A stretch of 64,000 bases of DNA, taken from assembly GCA_028534125.1 (NCBI GenBank), contig CM052816.1, positions 100,998,001 through 101,062,000 of the forward strand, written 5' to 3'. Positions 23,334-36,511 of this stretch are shown piece after piece; the stretch's first letter is position 1; each line of letters opens with the position of its first letter. Below the pieces are notes generated by a model. It was not told the origin of the DNA and did not search any database. It saw only the letters and a program-made list of their open reading frames with translations. Both the position numbers and the translations under genes were made by a program. The DNA comes from Lama glama (lineage: Eukaryota).

Positions 23334-26300
23334 GGCCCCACTGAGCCCAAAGCACTGAGCCCCAGACACCTGAGCTCAGCATCCATCCCGCCCCCTCCCG
23401 AGGCCTCAGGGGGACCGGGGGGATCACACCGCCCCCGACACGTGGAGCGGGACAGCCTGACTCCAATCCCCCCTGGCGTCGGTGGGGACAGAGTCTGACA
23501 TCTCTGTGTGGTGGGGGCTCGACCAGGGGATCCTCCTGGGTTTGCACACTTCACCTCAGGAGCCCCGTCAGGGTGTATTCAACACCCTCCCAGCCTGAGT
23601 TGGCACAGGGTCCACGTCTCTGCACAGGGGAGCGTGGTCTCCACGGACCCATCCTGACCTGGCATCCTGCCAGGGACATGCTCCCCAGTACCCCCCCAGC
23701 TCCCCCAGCAGGCTGGGTCCCCGTCCCCGGCACGCATGGCAGCCAGCCCTCGTCTGCAGAGGGCTCTCCCGTCTCAAACAGTGATGGACCCCAGCGCCCA
23801 GCAAGATGACAGATATGAAGTGCCGTCCACGTGACCCTTCAGGGGCTCCGCGCAAACCAAAGGCCGGAGGCACTGGTCCAGCGGCAGAGAATCCGGAGCA
23901 AGGAAACCAGACACACGGCGACATCAGAGGGGGAGAGGGTCGTGTATCAGCTGTGAGGAGAGAACCCAGGACAACCCCCGCGCGGGAGACGTAGCGTCTG
24001 GGGGAGAGTCCGCGGGGCGGGGCAAAGGGCGGAGAAGGTCAAGCGAGGCGCTAATAGTCCTGCTTTTCCATTTTCTTATCGATCAATATTACATTTTTCG
24101 AAGCTAAAACGCAACAGCAGAGTTACAGCTGACCTTTCCGTCACCCTTCCGTCGTGAATACAATCACAACAGAAGAACAAATGACTTTTTAAGCCCCGCA
24201 TTTCTCTGGTCCCAGCCCCTGGGTGAACGAAAAATCTTCGAAGCCGGTTGCTTTTGAAAATGGGAAGAATGAGCTTCTCTACCAATTAGACACCGGAGGA
24301 CACTCTCACCTCCAAAAACAAACCATGCCGCGGGTTTGTGATGGCCGCCGGCGGGGTGGCGGGACCATGCGCGGCCGACTCGGAGGGCTGGCTGCGCGCT
24401 CCGGCGAAGGCCCGGCCGCCGTCCGGGAGGAGCCCCGGGGCTGCATCGCTGCTGGGGACCAGACCACGCCTTCTCCCCCGAGACGGGACGTCGGCCACCT
24501 TCAGAAACGCTTCCTATGACCCGCAGAGGGAGGCCCTCCCGGAGGGAAGATCCGCTGTGGGTTCCAAACCTCCTTCAGGGCAGCGTGGGCTCCGAGGGAA
24601 CCAAACCAAACCAAACCAGGCAGGCAGGCGTCCGACCCACGCTTTGCACGAGGTTTTCGCAGGGGCGGCGGGGGTTTGCCCGATCGTTTGCGGCCTGAGA
24701 TTTCCACCAGCTTCCCCGGGAAACAGTGCGCTGGACCATCAACATCGTGAGGTTTCAGAGACAACGGGGCAGCTGAAAGGAGACCCAGCTGAGACTCAGA
24801 CGGGTTTGGCTTCAGAGTCCCAGCTGCCGGGCCCCTGCCCTGTTCGCCTGCCTGCCCTGGCCTGGCCTGTTCGCACGTGTCCAGCTTCCACTCCTAGATC
24901 CGCTCTCCGAGTGGAGAGGTCCTCCGCTGCCCGTCCCGAAGTGTCCCTGCTAAAAACGAGAACATGAATCATGAGAACTGATTCTAACAGGCTTCTGGAT
25001 TCACAGTGAATAGAAACAATTTCCCTGAAATTAAGACGTGGGTTTTCTTTAAATCTTGTGAGTGACAGCAATTGGCTTAATAAGAGAACTCTGCAGCCAC
25101 ACGACCAGGAAACCTGCCTGACGAGACTGGTCGGGTCGGCGTGGTCCACAGCTCCCGTCAGGCTTCCAGAGACGAATGTGTGCAGGTGTGAGGCTGCGCT
25201 GTGGGTGTCGCGTCCTCCACGTTCGCACATGGTTTTACTCTCACATGAGTAGAAATTAACTTGACTCTCATATATTAAAATCCGAGTCTCATTAACACAA
25301 AGATTGTTTCCAACTGAAATGATTAATATAATATTTTTAAGGAAGGCAGTTTTTTTTATGTCATACTCTACTTGTTTGACTTTTCTTAAAAATAATGGAG
25401 TTCCAGTGTGGCTGAAGTAAATAACTTTTTAAAACTACGTACGTGAGGTCATGACTCGCCAAGCTGATGCAGCTGTTTGCTGAGATGGCTCTTTCATTTG
25501 TCCTTCTAAAGTCAAGATTGGGTTTAGGGGACATTTTCCAAATTAAAGATGGTTAAAATTACTTGTTGCAGAGACTCTCAGGGCTGTGGGCTGCTCGGTC
25601 CCCCTGCAGAAACGGGAGCGACGGCGCAGCCGCGGATGGGTTCACACTGGGCAGCGCGCCAGCCTCCGGCCAGGTCTGGAGAGTTGAAGGGAAGTCAAGA
25701 GCAGGGCTCGGGCTTGGGTCAGTCCAGCCAGGACGCAGAAGCCTGGGGTCACCTGGGGCTGAGCGGCCAGAGGCATCACTTCCCTCCCCCCACTCCCCCC
25801 CTTGCCCAGCACCCCCTGAAGGAGGACCCTGTGAAGCGAGGCCAGGCGGAGAAGGAAGAGGCCCGGCTGACCGCGGGGTGGCTGCCTGCTCACGTGGCCC
25901 CTCTGCACGTATTGGAAAGGCCACTCTTTCTTCCAGGGGTCAGAGCCCTCAGGCCCCGGCCCAAGGGGCAGAGGCCCCCAGCCCCACGTGGGTCCCGTGA
26001 GCTGGGAGCACAGCTGGAGCCTTGCCCTCTGGGCCTCTGCGACCCTGCAGCCTGGGTTCCAGTCTGCACGGGGAAGAGGGGTGCAGGCCGGGAGCCCGGG
26101 CGGGAGGGCCAGCGTCCGTGGAGCCTGCCCGCGGGCGGGGCTCTCTGACACCCCAGGACGGTGAGTGGGGGTCGTGGGCTCAAGGGTGAAGCCTTGAAGT
26201 GACCGTGTCCCCGGGGAGTGTGAGTGACAGGGCGGGGGGTCTCCCAGGTGAGGTGGGGCCAGCAGCGTTTGCTAGAATGGAGGCCTGGTCCAGAGCTGTC

Positions 26301-27331
26301 CCCCGGCCAGGCCACTCAGCTCTCGTGAGAAGCGTGGACCGTCCACACCAAGGGTGGCACAGGGAGGCCTGGGGCCCTGCAGAAGGGCCTCGGGGCTTTA
26401 ATTACTTGGAACTCAGTGTGGCATTTGTGAGCGTGGAAAACATACACACGTCTATCCTTCTTGGCAAACGATGATTCCAGGACACGTTAAGCTTCGTTTA
26501 GCTGAGCAGGCGCGACCTTTGTGAAACTTCTCATTCTTGTGATTTGAGGCTGAATGCACAGCAGGCGGCAGCTCCCACCACACCCGCATCCCACGTGGGA
26601 GCTGGAGCTGGACAGAGCCCCCCACCCTGGGCCGTGGGGGTCCCTCTGGCTTCCCCGGAACTGCTCCTGGACTCCGGTCCTCTGCCACGCAGAAACGGTC
26701 CTGGGGGTCCCCGGACACATTCATCAAAAAGGGAGGGCTTCTGTTGGTCGCTTGCTTTTAGGGTAAGAAAAGTGGCTTTCAGATCTCTACCCCTCCACCA
26801 GTGCCTTTGCTCAACGTGGTTGTCAAAGTTCACAGAACACCTGTGATCGGAGGCATCAGCATTCTCAGTGCAGAGTCCGTGGGTCAGAGAAGCCAGCGAG
26901 CACTTTAAGGCAATGAAAGTAGCTGGGAAATTACAGTCCGTTTGTGGGGGTTTTTTAACGACAAAAAAAATCTTTTTGCAGAATTTGCTATCTTCAAATA
27001 TGTTGGCTAATTTCACCAATAAGTTGAAGAAAACAAATTGCAAACAATAGGAGAAGACTTTAAACGCCATGCGCCATGTTTCTTATGTTCAGTTAAAAAT
27101 ACCATTGAAGGCTGAAATCCAAATTATGATGGGAAATATACAAGGAAACAACCACAACTTCTCTGGCACAGAATTTTATTTTTACATAAAATTGGGATTT
27201 AGTTAATAAGTAGTTTTGTTAAGGCCAAAAAAATACGTACTTCAGTATTTTTTTAATTTTAAAATCTGGGTGGAAACTAATTGCTACATTTACAAACTGA
27301 ATGGGTCTCATGAAAACTTGTGTTTACCAAG

Positions 27332-27806
27332 AGAATGCACTACTCAGCCATGAAGGATGAAAATGCCATTTGCAGCAGCATGGACGGACCTGGCGGTGGT
27401 CACACTCAGAAACGTAAGCCAGACAGAGAAAGACAAACACCATATGACATCACTTATATGTGGAATCTAAAAAAAATGACACAAGTGAACTTATTCACTA
27501 AAGAGAAACAGACGCACAGACACAGTGTAGAACAGACACGGCTACCAAGGGGAAAGGGGTGGGAAGGGATGAGCCGGGAGTTCAAGATTTACAGACACAC
27601 ACTGCTGTGTATAAAATAGATAAACAGCAAGGCCCTACTGTGCAGCTCAGGGAACTGTATTCAATCCCTTGTAGTGAGTACAGCGGAAAAGAACATGAGA
27701 GCAAATACAGGGCTGTCCACGTATGACTGAAGCACTGTGCCGTGCCCCAGAGATTGGCACAATGCCGTAAGCTGACTGCACCTCAGTTGAAAAAAAGAGA
27801 AAGAAA
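27332..27806 (+). mobile_element. 5'-truncated LINE-1 3' end (related to the 15829-16249 copy)
   Basis: TACTCAGCCATGAAG...ATGCCATTTGCAGCAGCATGG...ATCACTTATATGTGGAATCTAAAAAAA, ending in an A-rich tail. Confidence 0.88.
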
Positions 27807-29829
27807 GATCTGGAATATTATGATTTTTCTTCTTTTAAGTAACAAATACCACTTCATCAAAAGATGGCAATTGGGTTTGCAGGGGGGTTGACGAGGGGCC
27901 CCAATCCTGGACACCGAGAAGTGGGCAGGACCTCGTGTGGCCAGGTCCTCAGGGGACGGAGGCCGTCAAAGCACCAAGGGGCCGGCACATGGCGGGTCTG
28001 CACGCGGCAGCCAGCACACTGCGGGGACGTTAAAGGGACGCTGAATTCTGAACACCAGCTCCCACGTGGCTGAGACTCTGCTTGTCGTCTGCGAAGCCGC
28101 CACATCACAGTTTGAAGAAAAGTGCCCGCTTCCTTCATGTATGTACCGTGCACGTGTGTTTACATGCAGTGTGATGTGCACGTGCGGTCGGACGGTAACA
28201 GTTCTACCTGATAAAACTGGAAAAGGGAAAAAGAAAAGTGCCCGCAAATATTTCACGGTTGGGATTGAAATAAAAGAAACAATCACACAAACACACAGGA
28301 CTCACAAAACGTCTTTCTTTTTAGATGTGATTTCTCACCCCTGTTTCTATACGTGGTGAGATTTCATGATACAGAGGTTTCGTCTGATTTTCCGGGGGGC
28401 CGTCGCGAGGGTGGAGAGGTGGGGCATCACCTTTTAGTCCTGGGGACGTGGCCAGGCCAGCACCCTGATGCTCGAACTGACCCCTCACACCACCGCCCTG
28501 CGTCTGGGGCCGCCGCAGCCGTGCACCACCCTTGCCCATGGGAGGACGGCCGGGGCCCCAGGAGTCGGACCCTGAGTCTCCTCCACTTGCCTTATAATCG
28601 AGTCCACAGATGAAATCTCGTGCAGGAAATGAGGCAGCGCGGGACCGGTTTAGAGCCCGGGTCCGCCCCTTCTCCCCCGGCCCTCCAACACCCCTGGGCC
28701 CTGTGGTGCCCCCAGCCTCCTGACTGCCGCCTCCATCCGAGCAGGCGGCGGGGGGGGTCCGGGGACCTGAGAGCTCCAACGAGGGCCAGGCCTGCCTGGG
28801 TACACGCTCCCCCTGAGACAACATCACACAGCAGAGAAAACAGCTCGCGTGCCCTCATTTTTAATGATATAATGAAATCTCATTTTTAATTACCTGAACA
28901 AAAGGGTTTCAAGTCCATCAGGTTGCCTCTCAGGGGCTGCAGAGGTGTTAACGGGCTCCAGAACCAATTACCAGTGTTTCCTCTTTACTTATTGCAAATG
29001 TGACCTTTTGTTAGAATTTGATTGCAGGTTTCCTGCTGCGAGTGGGACCCATCGGGCGTCTGAGGCCCGTCTCCCCTCGTGTCAGGACGGCCGTTCATTT
29101 TAATTCCCAGTGATGGCTGGGGGACAAGTCAGTGTCTGGGACCCGGCGCTGTCAAGCCAGGCATGGGCGGAGGAACCCCTGCCACCTGCCTGGAGGAGGG
29201 AGAGCCGTGCTCTGCGTGCGGCGTGGGACTCGAGGCTGCGCTGCATGGTGGGGCTGGCGCGGCGGTGGGCGACGGTGGGGACAGGAGCCTGAGAAGGACG
29301 GCCAGGCGGGGGGCAGCAGGCAGTGGCCCAAGAGGCTCACACGCCTGGGCTCCCAGCCAGCGCAGGAGCGCAGCCCTGGGACCCGGGGCCCGAGTGGACG
29401 GGGGGCCCCACAACACGGAGGTGCTCACGTGTCCCCCTCCCGCCCGCAGTCATCTCCTCAACTTGCTAAGGCTCCAGGCGCCTGCTCGAGGGTCCCTGGG
29501 CCCCCCGGCTACTCCCTGCCCGCCTCCCTTTCTCCCGCGGGCCCCTCCCCTACTTGCCGAGCGCTGGGAGGCCCACGGTGCGGTTGCGGCGGCTGTGTGT
29601 CCCCTGGTCAACACTGACTTGGCGAAAAGTGACCCTGAGGTGCGGCTGCCAGGCTGACGCAGGAGGAGGGGCTGCCGGGGCCGAGAGGGTCCCCGAGCCC
29701 CTGGAGACCAAGCTGAGGGACCTGAGGTGCCAGCAGGACCCCGTCACCCCCTCCCTACCGTCCCCTCGGCACCAGCCTCTCAGTGGCGGCGAAGGCCACC
29801 TGGGAGGCGGGGCCTGGACGCGCTGAGGG

Positions 29830-30195
29830 CTGTCTCGGCAGCTGGGGCTGGCGACCCCGCAGACAGGGCGGCTCCAGCCGCAGACGCTCGTGTCCCCCGT
29901 CCTCGGGGCCGCAGGTCTGAGGCGCAGGTGTCCGCAGGGCTTGCTCCGAGGCCCCTCTCCTGGGCGTGCAGATGGCCGCCTCCGCCCCGTGTCCTCACGA
30001 GCGCGGCCCTCTGAGCCCGTCTGCGTCCACATCTCCCCTTCTTACAGGGACCGCAGGCCTGTGGGGTTGGGGCGCACCCCGAAGAGCTCATTTTAGCTTA
30101 ATCTGGAGAGCTGGTCTCCAAACGCAGTCCCCCTCTGAGCTTCTGGGAGTTGGGACGCCAACATGTGACTTTGGGGGACACAGTTCAGCCACAAC
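29830..30195 (-). mobile_element. MLT1A/B/C-like MaLR solo LTR, strongly GC-shifted
   Basis: GAGGCCCCTCTCCTGGGCGTGCAGATGGCCGCC...CTCATTTTAGCTTAAT...TTTGGGGGACACAGTTCAGCCACAACA. Confidence 0.78.
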
Positions 30196-30455
30196 AGAGA
30201 CCAAAGTGGAACCCAGATGACACCAGCTGCCCCCGTCCGGCGCACCAGCTCCGTGAGGAGACCGGGGCCTCGCTCAGGCTGCACGGCCACCCCGGAGACG
30301 GGTGAAGGCCCCGTCAGCCCACGTGATTAAGGGACACCCGACCTTGAAGGAGAGGCCCTCTGTGGGCCTCAAACATACATGGGTCCTCACAACTGCCGCA
30401 CCGCAGGCTTCTCGGTCACGTGGGGGAGTTTCACACCCACCCACACAGCCCCCAG

Positions 30456-31067
30456 TGTCACGAGCCAAACTTGGGTCCACTCGCCTGCGCAGTGACACCC
30501 ACCTACTGCCCCCAGGTGGTGGTGAGGGGAAGTGCAGCATTTATCGCTGGTGTCCAGCAAGGGGTCCAGGCAGCTGGAGCTCAAAGGGCCTGAACGCCCC
30601 ACGGCTCTCAGGGGAGGGTTTTAAAGACGGGGGGGAGGCGCTGCGGGGGGCGTGGTCAGCTCGTGGACACTGTTCTGAGTGGTCGGTGGGGAGGTCACCG
30701 GGCGTCAGCATCATCCACCTTCTGGTTCCAGCTGATCTGGGTCCACGTGTGGGGGGCAGCACGCAGTCAGCCTCTTCCCCCTGGCGGGGCCTCAGTGTCT
30801 GCAGAGCAGCTCAAAGGACGAGGCTCAGAGCATTACCCACCGCCCTCGAGGAGCAACTAAAGGTCCTTGACTTTGTTTAGCGGCTGAACTATGACTAGTT
30901 TGTCTGGCTTGACTGTTTCCTTTCTGCATTTTCTCACTTCACTGATTACATTTATTCTTTGGAACTTGGGGAGATTTAGGAGGCTAAAGTTTTTCTACAG
31001 AGGAGAGGCAGGCAGAGGACACGGGGGTCTGTCCCAGGAAGGCCCCGCAGGGTCCAGCTCAGGCACA
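30456..31067 (-). mobile_element. ERV1-class solo LTR (cetartiodactyl LTR39-like)
   Basis: TG...CA termini with CCAG/CGAG 4-bp TSD-like flanks. Internal words CCAAACTTGGGTCCACTCGCC, GGGAGGGTTTTAAAGAC and AACTAAAGGTCCTTGACTTTGTTTA. Confidence 0.7.
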
Positions 31068-34000
31068 CGAGCTACAGGGAGGGAAATGTGCCCCAGCCCC
31101 CACCTGCCTTCACACACGCTGCACACAGCTGGAGACCCGTGACTCCCACGTCCGGAATCCTGGGTCTACAGCTCCCAGCAGGAGGGGCGTCCTGATATCA
31201 CAGCGGGACTGCCCCAAACACAGCTGCCTCTGTCTGGACTGGGCAGGACGGGCCGCCGGCAAGGGTGCCTCACTTTCCCCGTGGGTCTGGCTTTGATTCA
31301 TGCAAATGGGCCCCAGGGAACACACCCATCACCTCCTCAGAGCAGGGCCTGGCCTCCAGGCCCAACACAGAGACCCCCAGAAACCCTCCTGCCGGCCAGC
31401 AGAGGGCAGGGACAGGGCCCGGCCAGGCCTCCAGCTGCCGCCTCCTGCGCAGCCATGATGGGGGACCGTGGCCTCCTGGGCCTTGGGCTCCGCGGGCGTC
31501 ATTAGGCAGAGATCGGGAGGTGCCACTCCTCAGTCCAGAGGGCAGCAGGCCCGGCCCTCCCTGCGGGTCTTCCTCAGGAAGGGTCCAGCCTGGGCCCTGC
31601 CTGGCACTCGGCCCTGGGCCTGTGGGTCTGAAAGTGTCGTCGCTGTGACAGGCGGTGTCCACACCGACCCCGGGTCTGTGCTGTGTCCTACGACCCGGTC
31701 TTGACCGTGGGCCCGTCTATGAGGTTTCTCCAGCGTCTGCGCTCCTGCGTGCACAGGGCGACTGGGAGGCTCGTGTGAAGACGGAATCGGAGTGATGGGG
31801 GTGGGGGTGTGGACTCGGTTCGTCCTGAACCAAAACTAGTGAGGCCAGTCTCGTCCTGTGCTGTCTGGTCCTTAGGGATTTGAGTCTTTGTAACCATCGC
31901 TTTTTGAAGATTGTGTTTCTTTTTTCACAGAAATCACTGATTTTGTGATTCAGATAATACTGTCTGGTGGAAGCACAGAGGCCTTCATCCTCAGAGCGCA
32001 GGTGCCTCGCAGTGAGGATCACCAGTACGGGGTCCCCTCTGACGTCCTGCTGGAATCCCAGCCACCCAGCGACGTGGGAGGCACAAGGTGACATCACCCA
32101 GAGGGAGGCCTGCCCACGGAGTCGCAGCGGGCCGGGCCCAGGACAGCTCTGGGACCCGGACATTTCAGTCTGCTTCCCGACACGGCTCCCCTGAGGGGCC
32201 CCAGGCGGCTGGGCTGCTGCTTGGAGTTGAGCAGTGAGGACAGAGGAGGGGACGCCCGACAGCAGGTCCTCTCTACCCGGCACTGACAGAAGAACCGCCC
32301 TTAGAAGGAAGCGACCGGGAGCATCAAGTACCAGGACGGAGGGAGGTGTGGTCTGTCCCTGGCAGCCCGGTCAGGGTGGGCCTGGAGCCCGCAGCCAGGC
32401 CGCAGGGACCGTGGACCAGGGGGCACACCTGCTCCGTCAGAAGGGGGGCAGGCTGGGAGGCAAAGGCCTCCGAGGGTCTGCCAGCTACACCCCACCCGTA
32501 AGGGTGTTTTCCCAGGACCGCGAGGCCCTTTGGGAGGCATCTCAAGGGCAAGGCAGCTGGGAGGCCGAGGGAGGAGAGACAGAGACTGGGAGGCCCTGGG
32601 GAGGTCGGGGTCAGAGCGGCCTGGAAGGCGGGCGACTGGGGGGAGGCCCCAGAGAGTCTCACCTCTGGCCTTTTTCCAGAGCCACCTGCTTCTGCTGTGT
32701 TAGCGTTGCCGGCCCCACAGAGCTCCCCCGGGTCCGTGCCTGCCGGCCTCGGCCCCACTAGGAATCCCGAGCCCGGGGCTCGAGGGAGCAGCGGGCCCAC
32801 CCACTGCCGGAGCGGCCAGAGGGGAGACGCGTCTCTGGAATCTTCAGCTGGACCCGGGAGTCAGTTTTATGCCAGGAAGCCCTTGCCGTGTGGGCTCCAC
32901 GTGGAGTCACCGAGGCAGCTGCCCCCATCCCTCAGCCACTCTGCTCCTGTTGGCAGGTCCACACGAGCGCAAACCACTGACGCAGGGAAACGAACTTTAG
33001 GAGTCAGCCCCTCCCGGGTCGGGCCACCCCAGGGAGCGCGACGGCCATTCTGACCACAGAACAAGCTCCACTTATTAACAGAAGTGCCATCCGTCACCCT
33101 GAGTGCGCAGAGCGCGTGCGGAGGGAGGCGCCCGACAGGCCGCCCTGGACCTAAATCAGCGGGAGCATCAGCGACAGCGCTCATGAGGCGCCTCCCGCAG
33201 TTGGGGGAGAGGCTGAGCCTGATTGAAACAAATCCCATCACCGCAAATAGGCCATTAGCGCCGACATTGACGTCCGCGCAGCCGGGACCGAAGACAGGAT
33301 GAGGCTCCCTGAGTTCCCACGGCGACGCTCCTGCAAAGTCCCTTGTTTCCAAGAAAGCGCCCAGAGAAGTGAGAAGAGGGGCAGGTGTCGTGTGGGTGTC
33401 GTGGAGGAGGAGGGGCCGTCTTCTGGGGGCACAGCTTCCCGGGGGCGAGACCCCTCCGCGGAAGGCGGCTGCAGGAAGCGGCCTCGTGGCTGCAAGTGAA
33501 GGTGGGGGGCCCGCTCTTCTTTGCAAGGCTGGCTCTGCAGTCAGCCCCGCTTGGCGCACACGCTTCAGAAGGGGGCTGCGCACGGGGAGAGGGGGCTAGG
33601 CTCTGAACCCCCAGGCACTGGGCTCCCTCACCCCGCCCAGCGCTCCCAACTCCCAGGCCAGGGCGCCGTTGGGGAGCAGCTCTGCTCATTAAATGCCCTT
33701 GCCTTTGGGCCCGGGAGGCCGGGCTCTCCATCAGCCCAGCGGCCCGTCCGCCCTCGGACTCCTGCCCCTCCTCTGTCCTGCACCAGCCCCGGGATGGCCT
33801 GGCAGCGCTTTCCTACTGGGGGGCGGGGAGGGACGAGCAAATAATTTCCCCAGTCCCCACCTCCTCCCTGGCTCCAGCTTCTCCCAGCCCGGCCCAGGCT
33901 GGTGGGTGGGGCTGGGCTGTGTCCCCAAGCCTGCTGGGGTGGCTGAAAGGCGCCCCATCAGCTTCTCAGCCCTCCCACCTCCATGTCATCAATTACTCAC

Positions 34001-35282
34001 CTTGCATTTCTCCCTCTGGAATACTTGGGGTGGGTTCAGTGTTTCACTGGACCCTGACTGGACACCACCTTAGAGTGAAATATTTAAACCAAGCCCCCCT
34101 CCTGCCAATCAGCTGGCTAGCCTGCTGGTCCAGGGGGGAGAACTGCAATCAGGAAGGGAGCAGAGACTGACACAGGCAGGAAACCCTCAGCATCAGGATC
34201 ACAGTGCTGGGTCCCCCCAAGGCCCCCTCAGTCTGCTGCAGAGACCACCCTACATTAAGCTACAGCCAACTGGGGTGCCCCAGACCCAGCCAGGGACCAG
34301 GGGGCTGCCCTCAGAGCCCAGCCTGCTGCAGACAAACACTAATAAACAAATTCACTGCTCGTTGCTCCAAGCTGCTGAGTTCGGGCGTGTTTGTTATGCA
34401 CCATTATGGTGGGAATCCATAACTGATACACCAGCTCCTTTGCTGGAGAAGACACTGGCTCAGCTCGCACCCCAGCAGGGAAGGAGAATTCTCAGCCTTA
34501 GGAAGGCACGTGGCAACACACACAGGGCGCTGAAGGCCAGGGCTGGTGACACTGGCTTCCCAGCCCTGCGTGGAGGATTCTGCGCGTTCGCCCTTCCCCA
34601 CACTTCAGCCAGTCACCCTGCATTCACCTCTGCATCGGTCCTACAGCAAAACTGTCCACAGTAAGTGCCACGTGGACATCAAGCAGAGTAACTCAGACCC
34701 TCGGGCCAGACCCATCGGCCCAGTGCTGGGGGGAGACATCAGAGCCTTGATCGCGGTAACACTTGCATCAGACACATCCGTGCAGTGCTCGCTGCTAACC
34801 TTGAGTGCAGCAGTGAGAACGGATGGGAACCTAACAGACAGCCTTCGGTCGGAGACGTGGGCCCACATGAGAGCCACAGCACCCACCCGCGCCCCTCGGA
34901 TCTGTAAACGCGCCGCCCGGGGCGGCGTCCTCCTGTTTTCTGTCCCAAATGGGACTGTTATCAACGAGCTTCATGTGTCGATTTCTAAAGAGCTTCATGG
35001 AGCAAAAAGGCATTTCCTACAGACACAGTGAAACCTCACTATCGCCCTGAGTTCCGGGGACGGCACTGTCAGTCCTCTGGTGAGGAAAGCAGGTCGCGCC
35101 AAGTTGTCACCGCTCTGTTTCAGGAAAGGCCTGTCTCCTGTTCAGCGCACAGTGTGCGCTCGCTGCAGCCTGGCCCTCCGCTGACACAACACAGACCTCA
35201 GTCCACTTAGGTGACGGAGGCAGGGGGCTCTCCCCAGACAACCAAACAGAAACCCCGAAGGGCACAGGCGGGTCCTCACGGC

Positions 35283-36330
35283 AGCAGTTCTCAAATCTTC
35301 TGCCCTTTAGCCCTACGTACTCCTGAGGCCCCCAAGGCGCTTTGGTTTCCCTGGATTACGTCTACTGCTAGTCGCCATGTTGGAAATTACGACTGAGCAC
35401 TTAAAAATATTACTAATTTATTCATAAATAAAAACAAAACTATTACCTGTTAACACAAATAGCATATTTTTACTAAAAATAATTTTTCAAGATACACGGT
35501 GACAAAAGCGCGTTGTCTGACGTTTTTGCAATCGCTCTGACGTCTGGCGAGAGCTGACAGCTGACCTCTCACGCGCGTCCGCAGTCGGTCCAGCGTCACG
35601 TGCTGTTTTAGGTGAAACACGCCAAGAACACCAGGCCCCAGACAGACACGCAGCTGGGAGAGGGGTGTATTTTAACAGTAATTTCAGACAATGCGAACTA
35701 TTCTTCTTTGATACTATGCTAAACCTTGACAAATTAGCATTTCCTAAAGCCTAGTCACAAAATAAAGCCAGAAACCACAGCAATAAACGTTGTGCTGTTA
35801 CATTAAAACCCATTGGTCAAGCTCGTGGTGTGAACGGGTCTTCTCCCCGTGCAGTGTTGTAACAACCTGCACTGACATTAGCAAGTTAGTGGTTTGTGTA
35901 GCTAAACTGATCTTCCACGTGTCAGCTGATCTCATCAGAAAAGTCTGGCAGTGTCGACAAGCACCAGGCACCCCACGGCTGACACGGCTTTTCCAAAACC
36001 CTCGTGCGGGTTGGAAAGCTCAGACTTTTAATGGAAAACAAGCCCTGTTCACTGTTCTCCCTGAAGTGACAGACTTACTTCATTTGGTTTCCAGGAAATG
36101 TTCAAATAACTGTAGCTTTTTCATTGTTTTTTTCCCAGTGAAAATGGTGTTCCTGGAAAAGACCAGGAGGTCAGCTCGCAATTCAGTCACACACCTCAAG
36201 CCGACCGTGTCTTCACACTCCCCATTCTGTCTCAGGGATTATTAGAAAGATGCAGTCACTGGTCAAGATTCAACACAGCTGACACCACATTCATCAGGGC
36301 CAACCCTAAGTGGAGCTGGCGCTCTGTCAC
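35283..36330 (-). mobile_element. hAT-Charlie DNA transposon fossil (Charlie1/1a-like)
   Basis: Terminus CAGCAGTTCTCAAA. Internal TATTCTTCTTTGATACTA, TGTTACATTAAAACCCATTGGTC, GATCTCATCAGAAAAGTCT and GTGAAAATGGTGTTCC. No intact transposase. Confidence 0.8.
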
Positions 36331-36424
36331 TGTGAGTGCCGGGAGATGGGGAGTGCCAGGCCCTCCAGCAAAGCTTGCTTCCCTGCTAAGGTGTCTGTGG
36401 CGTTACCCACCGTGATTAACCCCC

Positions 36425-36465
36425 CATGACTTGACCCACCACTGACTTGACCCACCACTGACTTG
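36425..36465. repeat. 16-bp tandem repeat, ~2.5 copies
   Basis: TGACTTGACCCACCAC x2 plus TGACTTG. Confidence 0.85.
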
Positions 36466-36511
36466 CTCCATCGGTGCAGAGGTCAGCACAGCGAAGAAAG
36501 CAGGTAACACC

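Noticed and set aside
34328-34400. Possible pre-miRNA hairpin
   Set aside because: Only short, imperfect pairing and no continuous ~30-bp stem.
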